Below are positions 37,447 through 46,795 of a stretch of 64,000 bases of DNA, piece by piece (the stretch's first letter is position 1; each line of letters opens with the position of its first letter). The DNA comes from Acidimicrobiia bacterium (GTDB lineage Bacteria; Actinomycetota; Acidimicrobiia; UBA2766). Under the pieces are notes generated by a model. That model was given only the letters and a program-made list of their open reading frames with translations, made no database searches and was not told the origin of the DNA. The position numbers and the translations under genes are program-made. Location of the stretch: positions 25,759-89,758 of the forward strand of contig JBCKKC010000001.1 of NCBI GenBank assembly GCA_038904395.1. Reading direction: 5' to 3'.

Positions 37447-38211
37447 CTACCGGCTGTTGACCCATTGACCTCGTTCTTGAAGGACCTTCTTCAGAGTTGA
37501 TGGCATAGCGGTCATGATCCCGTCAACCCCCAAATCGAGCAAGCTATGCATCACAGAGGGGTCGTTAATAGTCCAGACGTGAACTTTTAACCCACGTCGA
37601 TGTGCTTCGGTAATGAAACGCTCGTCGACTAGCTTCATCTTGCCCACATGCGTCGGCACCTGGCAACACTGAGCCGAAAACTCGCCAGCCTTGAGACCAA
37701 GCGAAGACGCCCGCAGCCGCAAAATTTCCAGAGGTCCCATGCTTGTACATACAGAGTGCTTAGTAAGGCGCCGCACGGTTCGAAGCCGCTTGTCGGAAAA
37801 CGCCGCAATGTTGACCCGGTCAAACGAGTTCGTACGAGTCAGCACACCTATCAGGGGCCTCACCCACTCGTCTCGCTTCGAATCGATATTGAATTTGACC
37901 TCGGGTAAGCTGCCGATAACATCTTCGAGCAAGACAAGGGGTTCGCCTTCAACATCGAGGCTCTGCAGCTCCCGCCAAGTCATGTCATGGATGTCAGCCT
38001 GGTGGCCCGTGGCTCGTTCCAACCCAAGGTCGTGATGACACACCATCATGCCATCGGCGCTCGACTGGACGTCCGTCTCTATATACCTGTACCCCATCGC
38101 CACAGCAGCCTCAAAGGCCGCGGTTGTGTTCTCGGGAAACTCACCGGCACCCCCCCTATGGGCAAAAGGAATCGGCGCCGGGTAGTCAAGAAATGCCCAG
38201 TCTGTATTCAT
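37447..38211 (-). CDS. glycerophosphodiester phosphodiesterase (GDPD family)
   Basis: FAHRGG..FPENT..AFEAA...GYRYIETDVQ.S.DG..VCHHD motif series. Confidence 0.8.
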   Translation of the reverse strand: MNTDWAFLDYPAPIPFAHRGGAGEFPENTTAAFEAAVAMGYRYIETDVQSSADGMMVCHHDLGLERATGHQADIHDMTWRELQSLDVEGEPLVLLEDVIGSLPEVKFNIDSKRDEWVRPLIGVLTRTNSFDRVNIAAFSDKRLRTVRRLTKHSVCTSMGPLEILRLRASSLGLKAGEFSAQCCQVPTHVGKMKLVDERFITEAHRRGLKVHVWTINDPSVMHSLLDLGVDGIMTAMPSTLKKVLQERGQWVNSR

Positions 38212-38295
38212 GTAGTCCGTCCACGGTCAGAAGGTGAGTCCACAATCCCAGGCTAGTTGACGGGCTGCGACCGAGAACACGCACAATACTGGGTA

Positions 38296-38545
38296 GCCAT
38301 TCACGTCCCCCACCCACCCCGTCATCCTGAGCCCTGGGCTTTGACAGGGCGTGAGGATCCAGGCTTTAAATATTTGCGAGCGAAGCGAGCAATTCGGAAT
38401 GGATCGAATCTACGGCTGGGCCCTGCGGCTTCGCCCCTCACTGTCGGCTGGCGCCTCCCTCAGGGCAGGCTCCGGATGGATCCTCACGCCCTGCCAAAGC
38501 CCAGGGCTCAGGATGACGAAAGGCCTGGTAATGGCCTTCCGTCGG
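38296..38545. mobile_element. MITE-like repeat element, compound copy E12
   Basis: GCCATTCACGTCC terminus, CGTCATCCTGAGCCCTGGGCTTTGACAGGGCGTGAGGATCC, TTGCGAGCGAAGCGAGCAATTCGGAA, and an extra GGATGGATCCTCACGCCCTGCCAAAGCCCAGGGCTCAGGATGACG arm. Confidence 0.75.
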
Positions 38546-38614
38546 TGGGGGTCCTGAATCGGCGACTCGGCTAGTATGCGACGCAGTGTCTGGCGAATCA
38601 GGGGAGCACGCGCT

Positions 38615-40213
38615 GTGGGAACTGCAACACTCACTTCATCACTCGATAGTCGATCTGCGTCATACGAGCAAAACTGCGCTCAGATGCAGTCCCTCATCGA
38701 GGTGGTCCTGGAACAGCAACAACTAGCTCTCGCCGGCGGCGGCGAAAAGTACGTCGAGCGCAATCGAGCTAGAGGCAAACTCCTACCCAGAGAACGGATC
38801 GAGCTTCTCGTTGATCAAGACACCCCCTTCCTGGAACTATCGCCGCTGGCGGGTTGGGGCACGCAAGACACCGTGGGTGCGTCGATCGTGTCGGGCATTG
38901 GGGTCGTGTCAGGCGTCGAGTGCGTGATAATGGCCAATGACCAAACGATAAAGGGTGGGGCAACAAATCCGTCAACCGTGGCTAAGTCTTTGCGTGCCAT
39001 GGATATTGCGCTCAAGAACCGTCTACCTCTTGTCAACTTGACCGAGTCCGGCGGTGCCGACCTACCCCGCCAATCTGAAGTGTTCGTGCCCGGCGGGGCT
39101 AGCTTCCGGAATTTGACCCAGCTCTCGGCCGCCCGAATCCCCACGATCACACTGGTCTTCGGCTCGTCCACGGCTGGTGGGGCATACATTCCGGGCATGA
39201 GTGACTACACGGTTTTCGTGCAAGATCGGGCCAAGGTATTTTTGGGCGGTCCCCCTTTGGTGAAGATGGCCATCGACGAAGATGCCGATGAAGAATCGCT
39301 CGGAGGCGCCGAAATGCACGCCCGCAAATCTGGGCTTGCCGACTACCTGGCGGTTGACGAATTCGACGCTCTGAGACTCGGGCGCCAGATTGTGGCGCAT
39401 CTGAACTGGCATAAGCAAGGACCCGGCCCCACTTTGGCGGCCGACGATCCGACCTTTTCACCCGAGGAGCTTCTCGGAGTCGTCCCAACCGACGCTCGTG
39501 AGCCGTTCGAAGTGAAGGAAGTGATCGCTCGAATTGTCGACGGATCTCGATTCGAAGACTTCAAGGGCCCTTATGGCACAACGCTTGTTTGCGGCTGGGC
39601 CTCAATCTGCGGCTTCCCAGTGGGAATTCTTGCCAACAACGGGATCCTATTTAGCGAGGAGTCTCAAAAAGGCACTCAGTTCATCCAACTGTGCAACCAG
39701 ATGGACATTCCGCTTCTCTTCATCCAGAACATCACCGGTTTTATGGTCGGCACTCGCTACGAGCAAGGCGGGATCATCCGTGACGGCGCTCGTCTCATCA
39801 ATGCCGTATCTAATTCGAGTGTGCCGCATCTGACTTTGATGGTGGGAGCCAGTTACGGGGCGGGCAACTATGCCATGTCAGGGCGGGCCTTCGATCCCCG
39901 CTTTGTGTTCTCATGGCCGAATCATCGCATCGCCGTGATGGGCGGAAAACAGCTTGCCGGAGTCTTGTCGATCGTGCAACGCCAGGCCGCCGAGGCCGCC
40001 GGGCGAGACTTCGACGAAGACGGCGACGCCGCAATGCGAGCCATGGTAGAGAACCAAATCGACCAAGAGTCAAGCGCCCTCTTCGCCACCGGCCGCCTCT
40101 GGGACGACGGAATTATCGACCCTCGAGACACCCGCACCATCCTCGGCATTGCCCTCTCCGCCACCCACAGCGCCGAAGTCAAGGGCGCCACTGCCTATGG
40201 AGTGTTCAGGTAG
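38615..40213 (+). CDS. acyl-CoA carboxylase carboxyltransferase (beta) subunit, methylcrotonyl-/geranyl-CoA carboxylase-like
   Basis: Colinear with MCCase beta (..YEQN..M..LGGGEKYVERNRARGKLLPRERIELL.D..PFLELS..AGW). I chose the GTG at 38615, which has SD AGGGGAG upstream. The ATG candidates at 38576 and 38684 are alternatives. Confidence 0.8.
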   Translation: MGTATLTSSLDSRSASYEQNCAQMQSLIEVVLEQQQLALAGGGEKYVERNRARGKLLPRERIELLVDQDTPFLELSPLAGWGTQDTVGASIVSGIGVVSGVECVIMANDQTIKGGATNPSTVAKSLRAMDIALKNRLPLVNLTESGGADLPRQSEVFVPGGASFRNLTQLSAARIPTITLVFGSSTAGGAYIPGMSDYTVFVQDRAKVFLGGPPLVKMAIDEDADEESLGGAEMHARKSGLADYLAVDEFDALRLGRQIVAHLNWHKQGPGPTLAADDPTFSPEELLGVVPTDAREPFEVKEVIARIVDGSRFEDFKGPYGTTLVCGWASICGFPVGILANNGILFSEESQKGTQFIQLCNQMDIPLLFIQNITGFMVGTRYEQGGIIRDGARLINAVSNSSVPHLTLMVGASYGAGNYAMSGRAFDPRFVFSWPNHRIAVMGGKQLAGVLSIVQRQAAEAAGRDFDEDGDAAMRAMVENQIDQESSALFATGRLWDDGIIDPRDTRTILGIALSATHSAEVKGATAYGVFR

Positions 40214-40265
40214 GCCCATGAGGACTGCTGGCCCGCACTGCTTCATGCTCGTTTTGAACGCGGGA

Positions 40266-40312
40266 AGACCCCAACCCTGAGCCCTATACTGGGGCACTCA
40301 GGGTTGGGGTCT
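40266..40312. terminator. perfect 16-bp inverted repeat hairpin between convergent genes
   Basis: AGACCCCAACCCTGAG - 15 nt loop - CTCAGGGTTGGGGTCT. No U-tract follows on either strand. Confidence 0.35.
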
Positions 40313-40340
40313 CTATCGGGCGCTATCCAAGATCAGCAGC

Positions 40341-40871
40341 CTACTTCACCAGAGAGAATACGTACGTGACGTATGCGCCTTTCTGGTTCAGATCCGGATT
40401 AGCCACTGTGACGTACCAAGACCCCGGATTCGACCCTCGGGACGTCCTTGCCTCTACTTCAGTGACGTTATCCTTGCATAGGAAGGATACACAATCGAAC
40501 TTCAGGGAAGCGCTTAGAGTGGGTGATATTCCTTTACCATCCTGCAAGGTGGACTCATTTTCGAAAGAGAGACTGAAGTGGTACTCACCACTCACATCGG
40601 CAGCCTTAACGTACGGCTTCTCCTTTTCGGGTATTTTAAAGTCTTTACTCCCGATGACGTAGTACTTTCCTTGCCTATACCGAGTCAGTTCTTCGCTCCT
40701 GCTCACGTCGGTTTGGTTGGGCCAATGTAAAGTTCCAGTGACCTTGATCTTGTCGGGAATAGGATCCGCGGTGGTCTGTGATTTTGGGGTCGAACAAGCA
40801 CTTGCCACAAGCCCGACCAACGCAAATACAGCTAGGAATAATGCCGATACTCGCCTACTACGTTTCTCCAT
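40341..40871 (-). CDS. lipoprotein, hypothetical
   Basis: MEKRSRR n-region, hydrophobic h-region, and lipobox LVASAC. Local GC is about 48-50%, against about 60% in the flanks. Confidence 0.6.
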   Translation of the reverse strand: MEKRSRRVSALFLAVFALVGLVASACSTPKSQTTADPIPDKIKVTGTLHWPNQTDVSRSEELTRYRQGKYYVIGSKDFKIPEKEKPYVKAADVSGEYHFSLSFENESTLQDGKGISPTLSASLKFDCVSFLCKDNVTEVEARTSRGSNPGSWYVTVANPDLNQKGAYVTYVFSLVK

Positions 40872-41180
40872 GATTCGCACTCCCGTCATTGGAATTTGGG
40901 CACATCTCAGTCATCGGCGTGGATCACGGAAACTTTAAGGAAATCTTGAGATTCTTTTAGTCGTTTCGATTGTCACTGATTTTGGGAATCCGGCCGGCTC
41001 GGGTTTTGAGCGATCTTCATTGGGCACACCTAGGGTGAACCCAACGCTCCACGAGCAGAACCCTCAGTTGACCGCTTCCAACAGACTCGGTTGACTCCCC
41101 CACCCCAAGACGCTTGCGCGACTCGCAGGAGTGGGCTAGCTTGAGGTCCAACGAGGTAGGCGCTGTTGGGAAACTCGACG

Positions 41181-43505
41181 ATGAAGACTCTGTTGGTTGC
41201 GAATCGCGGCGAGATTTGCCAGCGGATAATGGTGACAGCTCAATCGATGGGGATCCGCTGTGTTGCTGCCTATTCTGATTCTGATGCCCACGGCCCGTTC
41301 GTCACCCAAGCCGACCTGGCCGTAGCTCTCGGCGGTACACATCCACGTGATTCTTACCTGAGCATTGACAAAATTCTCGCAGCCGCCCACTCAAGTGGGG
41401 CTGATGCAATCCATCCCGGCTATGGCTTCTTAAGCGAAAATGCCGATTTTGCCCAGGCGTGTCTTGATGCCGGTATCACCTTCGTGGGACCAACTCCTGA
41501 AGCAATTCGGATAATGGGCAACAAGCTGACAGCAAAAGAGCTTGTCCGCCCACTGAAGGTCCCAACCCTCGAGAGCGTCACTGTAACTGACGACCCCGGA
41601 GACTGGCTAGCCGCTGCTGAAGCTATGAAATTTCCCGTCTTAGTGAAGGCTGCTGCCGGTGGTGGCGGCCGAGGCATGCGAATAGTTGATGCGCCAGCCG
41701 ATCTAGCCGAGTCTATTGAGAGTGCCCAACGTGAAGCAGAGGCCGGTTTTGGTAACAGTTCTGTCTTTATCGAGCCATATTTGCCAAACTCCCGCCACAT
41801 CGAGGTTCAAGTCTTTGGTGACACCCGGGGAAATCTCGTTCACCTCTTTGAGCGTGAGTGTTCAATCCAACGGCGTCACCAGAAAGTGATTGAAGAGAGC
41901 CCCTCAATTGTTCTCTCGGCTGAGACTCGCAAGGCAATGACAGATGCAGCCCTGGCTGTGGCAGCGTCGGTGAAATATGTCGGAGCTGGAACGGTTGAGT
42001 TTTTGGTTGATGGGACGGACTTCTATTTTCTCGAAATGAACACTCGACTCCAAGTTGAGCATCCCGTCACCGAGATGCTGACTGGACTCGATCTGGTTCG
42101 CTGGCAGCTAGAGGTGGCTCAGCAGTTGCCATTGCCGCTCACCCAAAGCGAGATTGTGAGCAACGGTCATGCAATAGAGGCTCGACTCTGCGCCGAGATT
42201 CCTGAGCAAGACTTCCTTCCGACGACCGGCCACTTTCACCGCTATTGGCATAGACAACCCGAGGGGGTGCGCTTTGACGACGGGGTCATTTCGGGAAGCC
42301 AGATGTCGAGCCACTACGACAACCTGCTTGCCAAAGTTGTAGCCCATGGGGAATCACGCCCCGAAGCCATCGCCCGATTGATTCGAGCCTTGCAGACAAT
42401 GCAGTTGCATGGTGTGGCCACAAACCGTGATTACTTGGTGGCGATCCTACAAACCGAAGAGTTCCAACGGGGCGAAACACCGACCACTTTCCTAGAACGG
42501 AATAGTGACAAGGTACTGGGCAATGTCGCCAGGATGTCTGCGCCGCTGACAGCGGCACCGAGTGTCGACACCGACACTCGGCCTGATGCGCCCGATGCCG
42601 AGCAGGGCGAACGCCCCTCCGGGGATCGTTCCCTGCACGCCAGCGCTGCGGCCATCTTTATGGCATTGCGTCGCAAAGCCGACTCTCCGACACAGTCCTT
42701 TGCTCCGCTCGGTTGGCGCAATATGCCGAGCCAGCCGAACACATGCCAATTCAGTCACGTCGACACGTTGTCGCGATCAGAACACATATATTCGGTCAGC
42801 TATTCGATGGATCGAAACGGCGATTTTCACGTGAGTTGCGACCGGGCGATAGACGACGGGGTGGCGACCGCTGAGAGCACTGCCAGCGACCCCGTCAAGG
42901 TTGCCCCGACCCCGACCCCGACCGAGAAGGTCAGAGTTGCTTTTTTCCCGTCATTGCGAGGAGGCGTTAGCCGACGAAGCAACCTAGTCCATGACTCACG
43001 TCACGAAGACACAGGTCACGGACTAGGTTGCTTCGCTTCGCTCGCAATGACGGGGGAGGAACGTGGGTGGTTACCTACGAACTGTGGGGAAATTACGCTC
43101 GAGGTCGGCGGGGTCCGTCAGCACTTCTTCGTCAACATCGTCGGCGACAATGTGTACATCAACGACGACCAGTGCCAAAGCGATTTTCGTTCATTGGGCC
43201 GCCCAGGCGAGGGCGCATCCGCTCAGACCAAGCAACTAGCAAGCACTGCCGGCCCAACTTCGCCGATGCCTGGCCAGATCGTTGCCGTTGAAGTTAGTCT
43301 CGGCGACTCGGTCACAGCAGGACAAACCTTAGTAATCCTCGAAGCCATGAAAATGGAGCACCGCATCGAAGCAGCCGCCGACTCTATCGTCGCTGAAATT
43401 CACGTCGAAACAGGTCAATCCGTTGATGCACATCAACCGTTGATTACCCTCGGCCCCCCTTTAGACTCAGCTCCAGTCATCACAAACGAGGTCGAAAATG
43501 CCTGA
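41181..43505 (+). CDS. acyl-CoA carboxylase alpha subunit (biotin carboxylase + BCCP), carrying an in-frame MITE-derived insert
   Basis: MKTLLVANRGEI.., an ATP-grasp biotin carboxylase domain, and a C-terminal biotinyl domain EAMKMEH. It is about 100 aa longer than typical because of the linker insert. Confidence 0.85.
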   Translation: MKTLLVANRGEICQRIMVTAQSMGIRCVAAYSDSDAHGPFVTQADLAVALGGTHPRDSYLSIDKILAAAHSSGADAIHPGYGFLSENADFAQACLDAGITFVGPTPEAIRIMGNKLTAKELVRPLKVPTLESVTVTDDPGDWLAAAEAMKFPVLVKAAAGGGGRGMRIVDAPADLAESIESAQREAEAGFGNSSVFIEPYLPNSRHIEVQVFGDTRGNLVHLFERECSIQRRHQKVIEESPSIVLSAETRKAMTDAALAVAASVKYVGAGTVEFLVDGTDFYFLEMNTRLQVEHPVTEMLTGLDLVRWQLEVAQQLPLPLTQSEIVSNGHAIEARLCAEIPEQDFLPTTGHFHRYWHRQPEGVRFDDGVISGSQMSSHYDNLLAKVVAHGESRPEAIARLIRALQTMQLHGVATNRDYLVAILQTEEFQRGETPTTFLERNSDKVLGNVARMSAPLTAAPSVDTDTRPDAPDAEQGERPSGDRSLHASAAAIFMALRRKADSPTQSFAPLGWRNMPSQPNTCQFSHVDTLSRSEHIYSVSYSMDRNGDFHVSCDRAIDDGVATAESTASDPVKVAPTPTPTEKVRVAFFPSLRGGVSRRSNLVHDSRHEDTGHGLGCFASLAMTGEERGWLPTNCGEITLEVGGVRQHFFVNIVGDNVYINDDQCQSDFRSLGRPGEGASAQTKQLASTAGPTSPMPGQIVAVEVSLGDSVTAGQTLVILEAMKMEHRIEAAADSIVAEIHVETGQSVDAHQPLITLGPPLDSAPVITNEVENA
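42947..43075. mobile_element. MITE-like element (short palindromic variant) inserted in-frame in the carboxylase alpha linker, copy E13
   Basis: CCGTCATTGCGAGGAGGCGTTAGCCGACGAAGCAACCTAGTCC ... GGACTAGGTTGCTTCGCTTCGCTCGCAATGACGG, then GGAACGTGGGTGGTTAC. No stop codon. Encodes ..SLRGGVSRRSNLVHDSRHEDTGHGLGCFASLAMTGEERGW.. Confidence 0.75.
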
Positions 43506-43521
43506 CCTTTCCGGCCCCCCC

Positions 43522-43753
43522 GTAACCATTCACGTCCCCTCAGTCCGAGGGGTGCTACCAGGCCTTCGTCATTGCGAGCCCTGGGCTCTGGCAGGGCGTG
43601 GCAATCCAGACTTTGCTATGTTGCGAGCGCAGCGAGCAATTCAAAATGGTTCGATCATGCGGGTGGTCTGCGGCTTCGCCACAGGATGGATCCTCACGCC
43701 CTGGCTGACGCCAGGGCTCAGGATGACGGGAAGAGGGAGCTGAATGGTTAAAC
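43522..43753. mobile_element. MITE-like repeat element, copy E14 (full length, accA-atuA spacer)
   Basis: GTAACCATTCACGTCC .. CGTCATTGCGAGCCCTGGGCTCTGGCAGGGCGTGGCAATCC .. TTGCGAGCGCAGCGAGCAATTCAAAA .. GGTCTGCGGCTTCGCCACAGGATGGATCC .. CAGGGCTCAGGATGACGGGAAGAGGGAGCTGAATGGTTAAAC. The atuA ATG lies inside the right terminal repeat. Confidence 0.8.
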
Positions 43754-45603
43754 CGTTGCGTATCGCAAACTGCAGCGGCTTTTACGGTGACCGATTGTCG
43801 GCAGCTCAAGAGATGGTCACCGGCGGGCCGATTGACGTTCTGACGGGCGATTGGCTGGCTGAGCTGACCATGCTGATCTTGGCCAAGGACCGGATGAAGG
43901 ATCCAGCACGTGGCTATGCAAAGACGTTTCTTAAACAGCTTGAAGTTGTCTTGGGGACCTGTCTCGATAGCGGGATTCGAATTGTGAGCAATGCCGGAGG
44001 GCTTAACCCGGCCGGCTGCGCGGAAGCTATTAGCGAGCTGGCTCAGCGCCTGGGACTTACCCCTACGGTGGCTTTCGTGGGCGGCGACGATCTGATCGGC
44101 CAACTCGACCAGCTTCAGGCCAGCGGCGAGGAGTTGATCAACCTGGATACAGGCGAACACTGGGCCCAGATGGGCAAAGCGCCCATAACAGCCAATGCTT
44201 ACCTGGGCAGCTGGGGAATCAGCACCGCTCTGGGCCAAGGGGCGGATGTAGTCGTGACAGGCCGAGTGACAGACGCATCGCTTGTTGTTGGGCCAGCAGC
44301 GTGGCACTTTGACTGGGCTCATGACGACTGGGATCAACTCGCGGGCGCTATCGTTGCCGGCCACGCAATCGAGTGTGGCACTCAAGTGACGGGCGGAAAC
44401 TATTCGTTCTTCGACGAAATCCCTAACGCTCACAGATGCGGTTTCCCGATAGCCGAAGTGTTCAGCAACGGGTCATCGATCATTACAAAACATCCCGGCA
44501 CCGGTGGGGCTGTCTCGATAGGCACAGTAACAGCCCAGTTGGTTTACGAGATTGCTAGTCCGAGTTACGCCAATCCCGATGCCACTGCCCTTTTCGATAC
44601 AATCACCCTCGAAACAGTTGGCCCCGATCGGGTGCAAATTTCGGGGGTGCGGGGCACGCCACCGTCGCCAGACCTCAAGGTGGGCATCAACTATTTGGCC
44701 GGGTTTCGCAACTCGATGACGTTCTTGCTCACGGGGCTGGACATCAGCGAAAAGGCCCAACTCGCCCAAGATAGCCTGTGGGCTCAGTTCCCCGAAGGCC
44801 CGAACCATTTCGAATCAGTTTCTGTAGACCTCATCGACTCCGCCCGGCCAAACCCGCCAAGCAATCAAGACGCAATTTCGTCCCTGCGGGTGACGGTCTC
44901 AGATCCTGATGCAAGCAAGGTGGGGCGGGCTTTTTCATCAAAAGTCGTCGAGCTCGCCCTCGCTAGCTATCCGGGCTTTACCCTCACCACTCCCCCGCAA
45001 GACTCGACCCCATACGGAATTTTTTGGCCCACAACCATTGACCGCAGTCACGTAGATGAATTCGTCGAAATCGGTGGAACTCGCTACCCAATTAGCCATC
45101 CGCCTGCCCCCATGCAGTCATTGCGAGCGAAGCGAGCAATTCTCCCCCGTCATCCTGAGCCCTGGCGCCAGCCAGGGCGTGAGGATCCAGGAATCCGAAT
45201 TTTGCGAGCGAAGCGAGCAAGTCGAAACGGATCCCGAGACCTGCCACTCGGAGTGGTCATGGGCGCGCGTTCCGGCGACAAGGGTGGAAACGCTAACATT
45301 GGCGTGTGGACTTCCGATGTCCGCTGTTATGAATGGCTCGACGATTTTCTGTCGATCGACAAGTTGAGGGAGCTAATGCCCGAGACAAAGTCCCTCGAAA
45401 TTCATCGCTACAGGTTGGCCAACCTTAACGCCCTCAACTTTGTCGTTGTTGGTCTCCTCGGCCGTGGCGTCGCAGCCTCAACCCGTATCGATCCTCAAGC
45501 AAAGGGCCTGGGCGAATACTTGCGAGCAAAAGTGGTGCCGCTACCGGTCGAGCTGCTGTCAGATGCAGGCAAGAAGGGTCTACCGACGCAGGCCGCTGAC
45601 TAG
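43744..45603 (+). CDS. AtuA-family (acyclic terpene utilisation, DUF1446 + C-terminal domain) protein, carrying an in-frame MITE-derived insert
   Basis: N-terminus ..LRIANCSGFYGDR.. and C-terminal ..ARSGDKGGNANIGVW.. are typical of AtuA. A 40-codon insert lies between the two conserved regions. Confidence 0.7.
   Translation: MVKPLRIANCSGFYGDRLSAAQEMVTGGPIDVLTGDWLAELTMLILAKDRMKDPARGYAKTFLKQLEVVLGTCLDSGIRIVSNAGGLNPAGCAEAISELAQRLGLTPTVAFVGGDDLIGQLDQLQASGEELINLDTGEHWAQMGKAPITANAYLGSWGISTALGQGADVVVTGRVTDASLVVGPAAWHFDWAHDDWDQLAGAIVAGHAIECGTQVTGGNYSFFDEIPNAHRCGFPIAEVFSNGSSIITKHPGTGGAVSIGTVTAQLVYEIASPSYANPDATALFDTITLETVGPDRVQISGVRGTPPSPDLKVGINYLAGFRNSMTFLLTGLDISEKAQLAQDSLWAQFPEGPNHFESVSVDLIDSARPNPPSNQDAISSLRVTVSDPDASKVGRAFSSKVVELALASYPGFTLTTPPQDSTPYGIFWPTTIDRSHVDEFVEIGGTRYPISHPPAPMQSLRAKRAILPRHPEPWRQPGREDPGIRILRAKRASRNGSRDLPLGVVMGARSGDKGGNANIGVWTSDVRCYEWLDDFLSIDKLRELMPETKSLEIHRYRLANLNALNFVVVGLLGRGVAASTRIDPQAKGLGEYLRAKVVPLPVELLSDAGKKGLPTQAAD
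45113..45233. mobile_element. MITE-like element fragment inserted in-frame in atuA, copy E15
   Basis: GTCATTGCGAGCGAAGCGAGCAATTC then CCCCGTCATCCTGAGCCCTGGCGCCAGCCAGGGCGTGAGGATCCAGGAATCCGAATTTTGCGAGCGAAGCGAGCAAGTC, which is identical to the left half of copy E6. Translated as ..MQSLRAKRAILPRHPEPWRQPGREDPGIRILRAKRASRNGSRD.. Confidence 0.8.
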
Positions 45604-45612
45604 GAGGCAATC

Positions 45613-46767
45613 GTGCAATTCACCGACGAGCATCTCTTGTTTCGTAAGACTGTGCGTAGCTTCTTAGAAAACGAGGTCGTGCCTCACATCGATGAGTGGG
45701 AGGAAGCCGGCCAGTTCCCCGCACACGAGCTCCTGCCAAAACTCGCCCAAATCGGAGCGCTTGGCCTTGAGTATGACCCTAAATATGGTGGCCAAGGGGC
45801 CGACCACAGTTACACCGTGATTTTTGCTGAGGAACTTGGCCATTGCCTGTGCGCCGGCGTGGCGATGGGAATCAGCGTCCAGAGCGACATGGCCACACCG
45901 TCGCTGGCCACATTCGGTAGCGAATATTTGAAGGAAACCTACCTCAAGCCGGCCCTGACGGGCGAAGCCGTAGTCTCAATCGCCGTTACTGAGCCCGACG
46001 CCGGTTCCGACGTGGCATCGATCCGCACAACCGCCGTGCAAGATGGCGATTCGTGGGTCATCAATGGCACGAAGCTCTATATCACGAACGGTTATCAGGC
46101 CGACTGGATCTGCCTAGTAACCCGTACTTCCGATCCGATCCCGGGCCAGCCCTATAGCGGCATGGCCCAAATCATTGTGCCCACGAACACGCCTGGCTTC
46201 AGCGTGAGCCGCAAGTTGCGCAAAATGGGCAACTTGTCATCCGACACCGCCGAGCTAGTCTTCGACGATGTCCGCGTGCCGCTCAACCACGTGATCGGCG
46301 AAGATGGGCAAGGCTTTCAGCAACAAATGTTGCAGTTCCAGCGTGAACGGCTCATGGCTACCTACATGACAGTGAGCGGCATGCGAGTTGCCCTCAAGCG
46401 CACGATCCAATACCTAAAAGACCGTCACGCTTTCGGTAAGCCCCTTATCACAAATCAGTATTTGGCCTACGAGCTGGCCGAACTCACCGCAGAAGTCGAT
46501 CTGCTGCGCGAATACAGCTATGCATGCGCAGACGCAGTAATGCGGGGCGAGGATGTCACTCGTCAGGCAACGATCGCGAAACTTAAAGCAGGCCGACTAG
46601 TTCGGCGAGTAGCCGACACTTGCATTCAATATCATGGCGGTATCGGCTATATGGAAGAGACCTGGACCTCACGCTACTACCGCGATGCCCGGCTGCTATC
46701 GATCGGCGCCGGCGCCGACGAAGTCATGCTCCGTATCCTCACCCAAATCTACGGAATCCACGCTTAG
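45613..46767 (+). CDS. acyl-CoA dehydrogenase (isovaleryl-/citronellyl-CoA dehydrogenase-like)
   Basis: ACAD N-terminal, middle (..ITNG..) and C-terminal domains. 384 aa. Context with the carboxylase genes. Confidence 0.85.
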   Translation: MQFTDEHLLFRKTVRSFLENEVVPHIDEWEEAGQFPAHELLPKLAQIGALGLEYDPKYGGQGADHSYTVIFAEELGHCLCAGVAMGISVQSDMATPSLATFGSEYLKETYLKPALTGEAVVSIAVTEPDAGSDVASIRTTAVQDGDSWVINGTKLYITNGYQADWICLVTRTSDPIPGQPYSGMAQIIVPTNTPGFSVSRKLRKMGNLSSDTAELVFDDVRVPLNHVIGEDGQGFQQQMLQFQRERLMATYMTVSGMRVALKRTIQYLKDRHAFGKPLITNQYLAYELAELTAEVDLLREYSYACADAVMRGEDVTRQATIAKLKAGRLVRRVADTCIQYHGGIGYMEETWTSRYYRDARLLSIGAGADEVMLRILTQIYGIHA

Positions 46768-46795
46768 CCAGCTCTTAGTGAACCATTAAGGTCCC

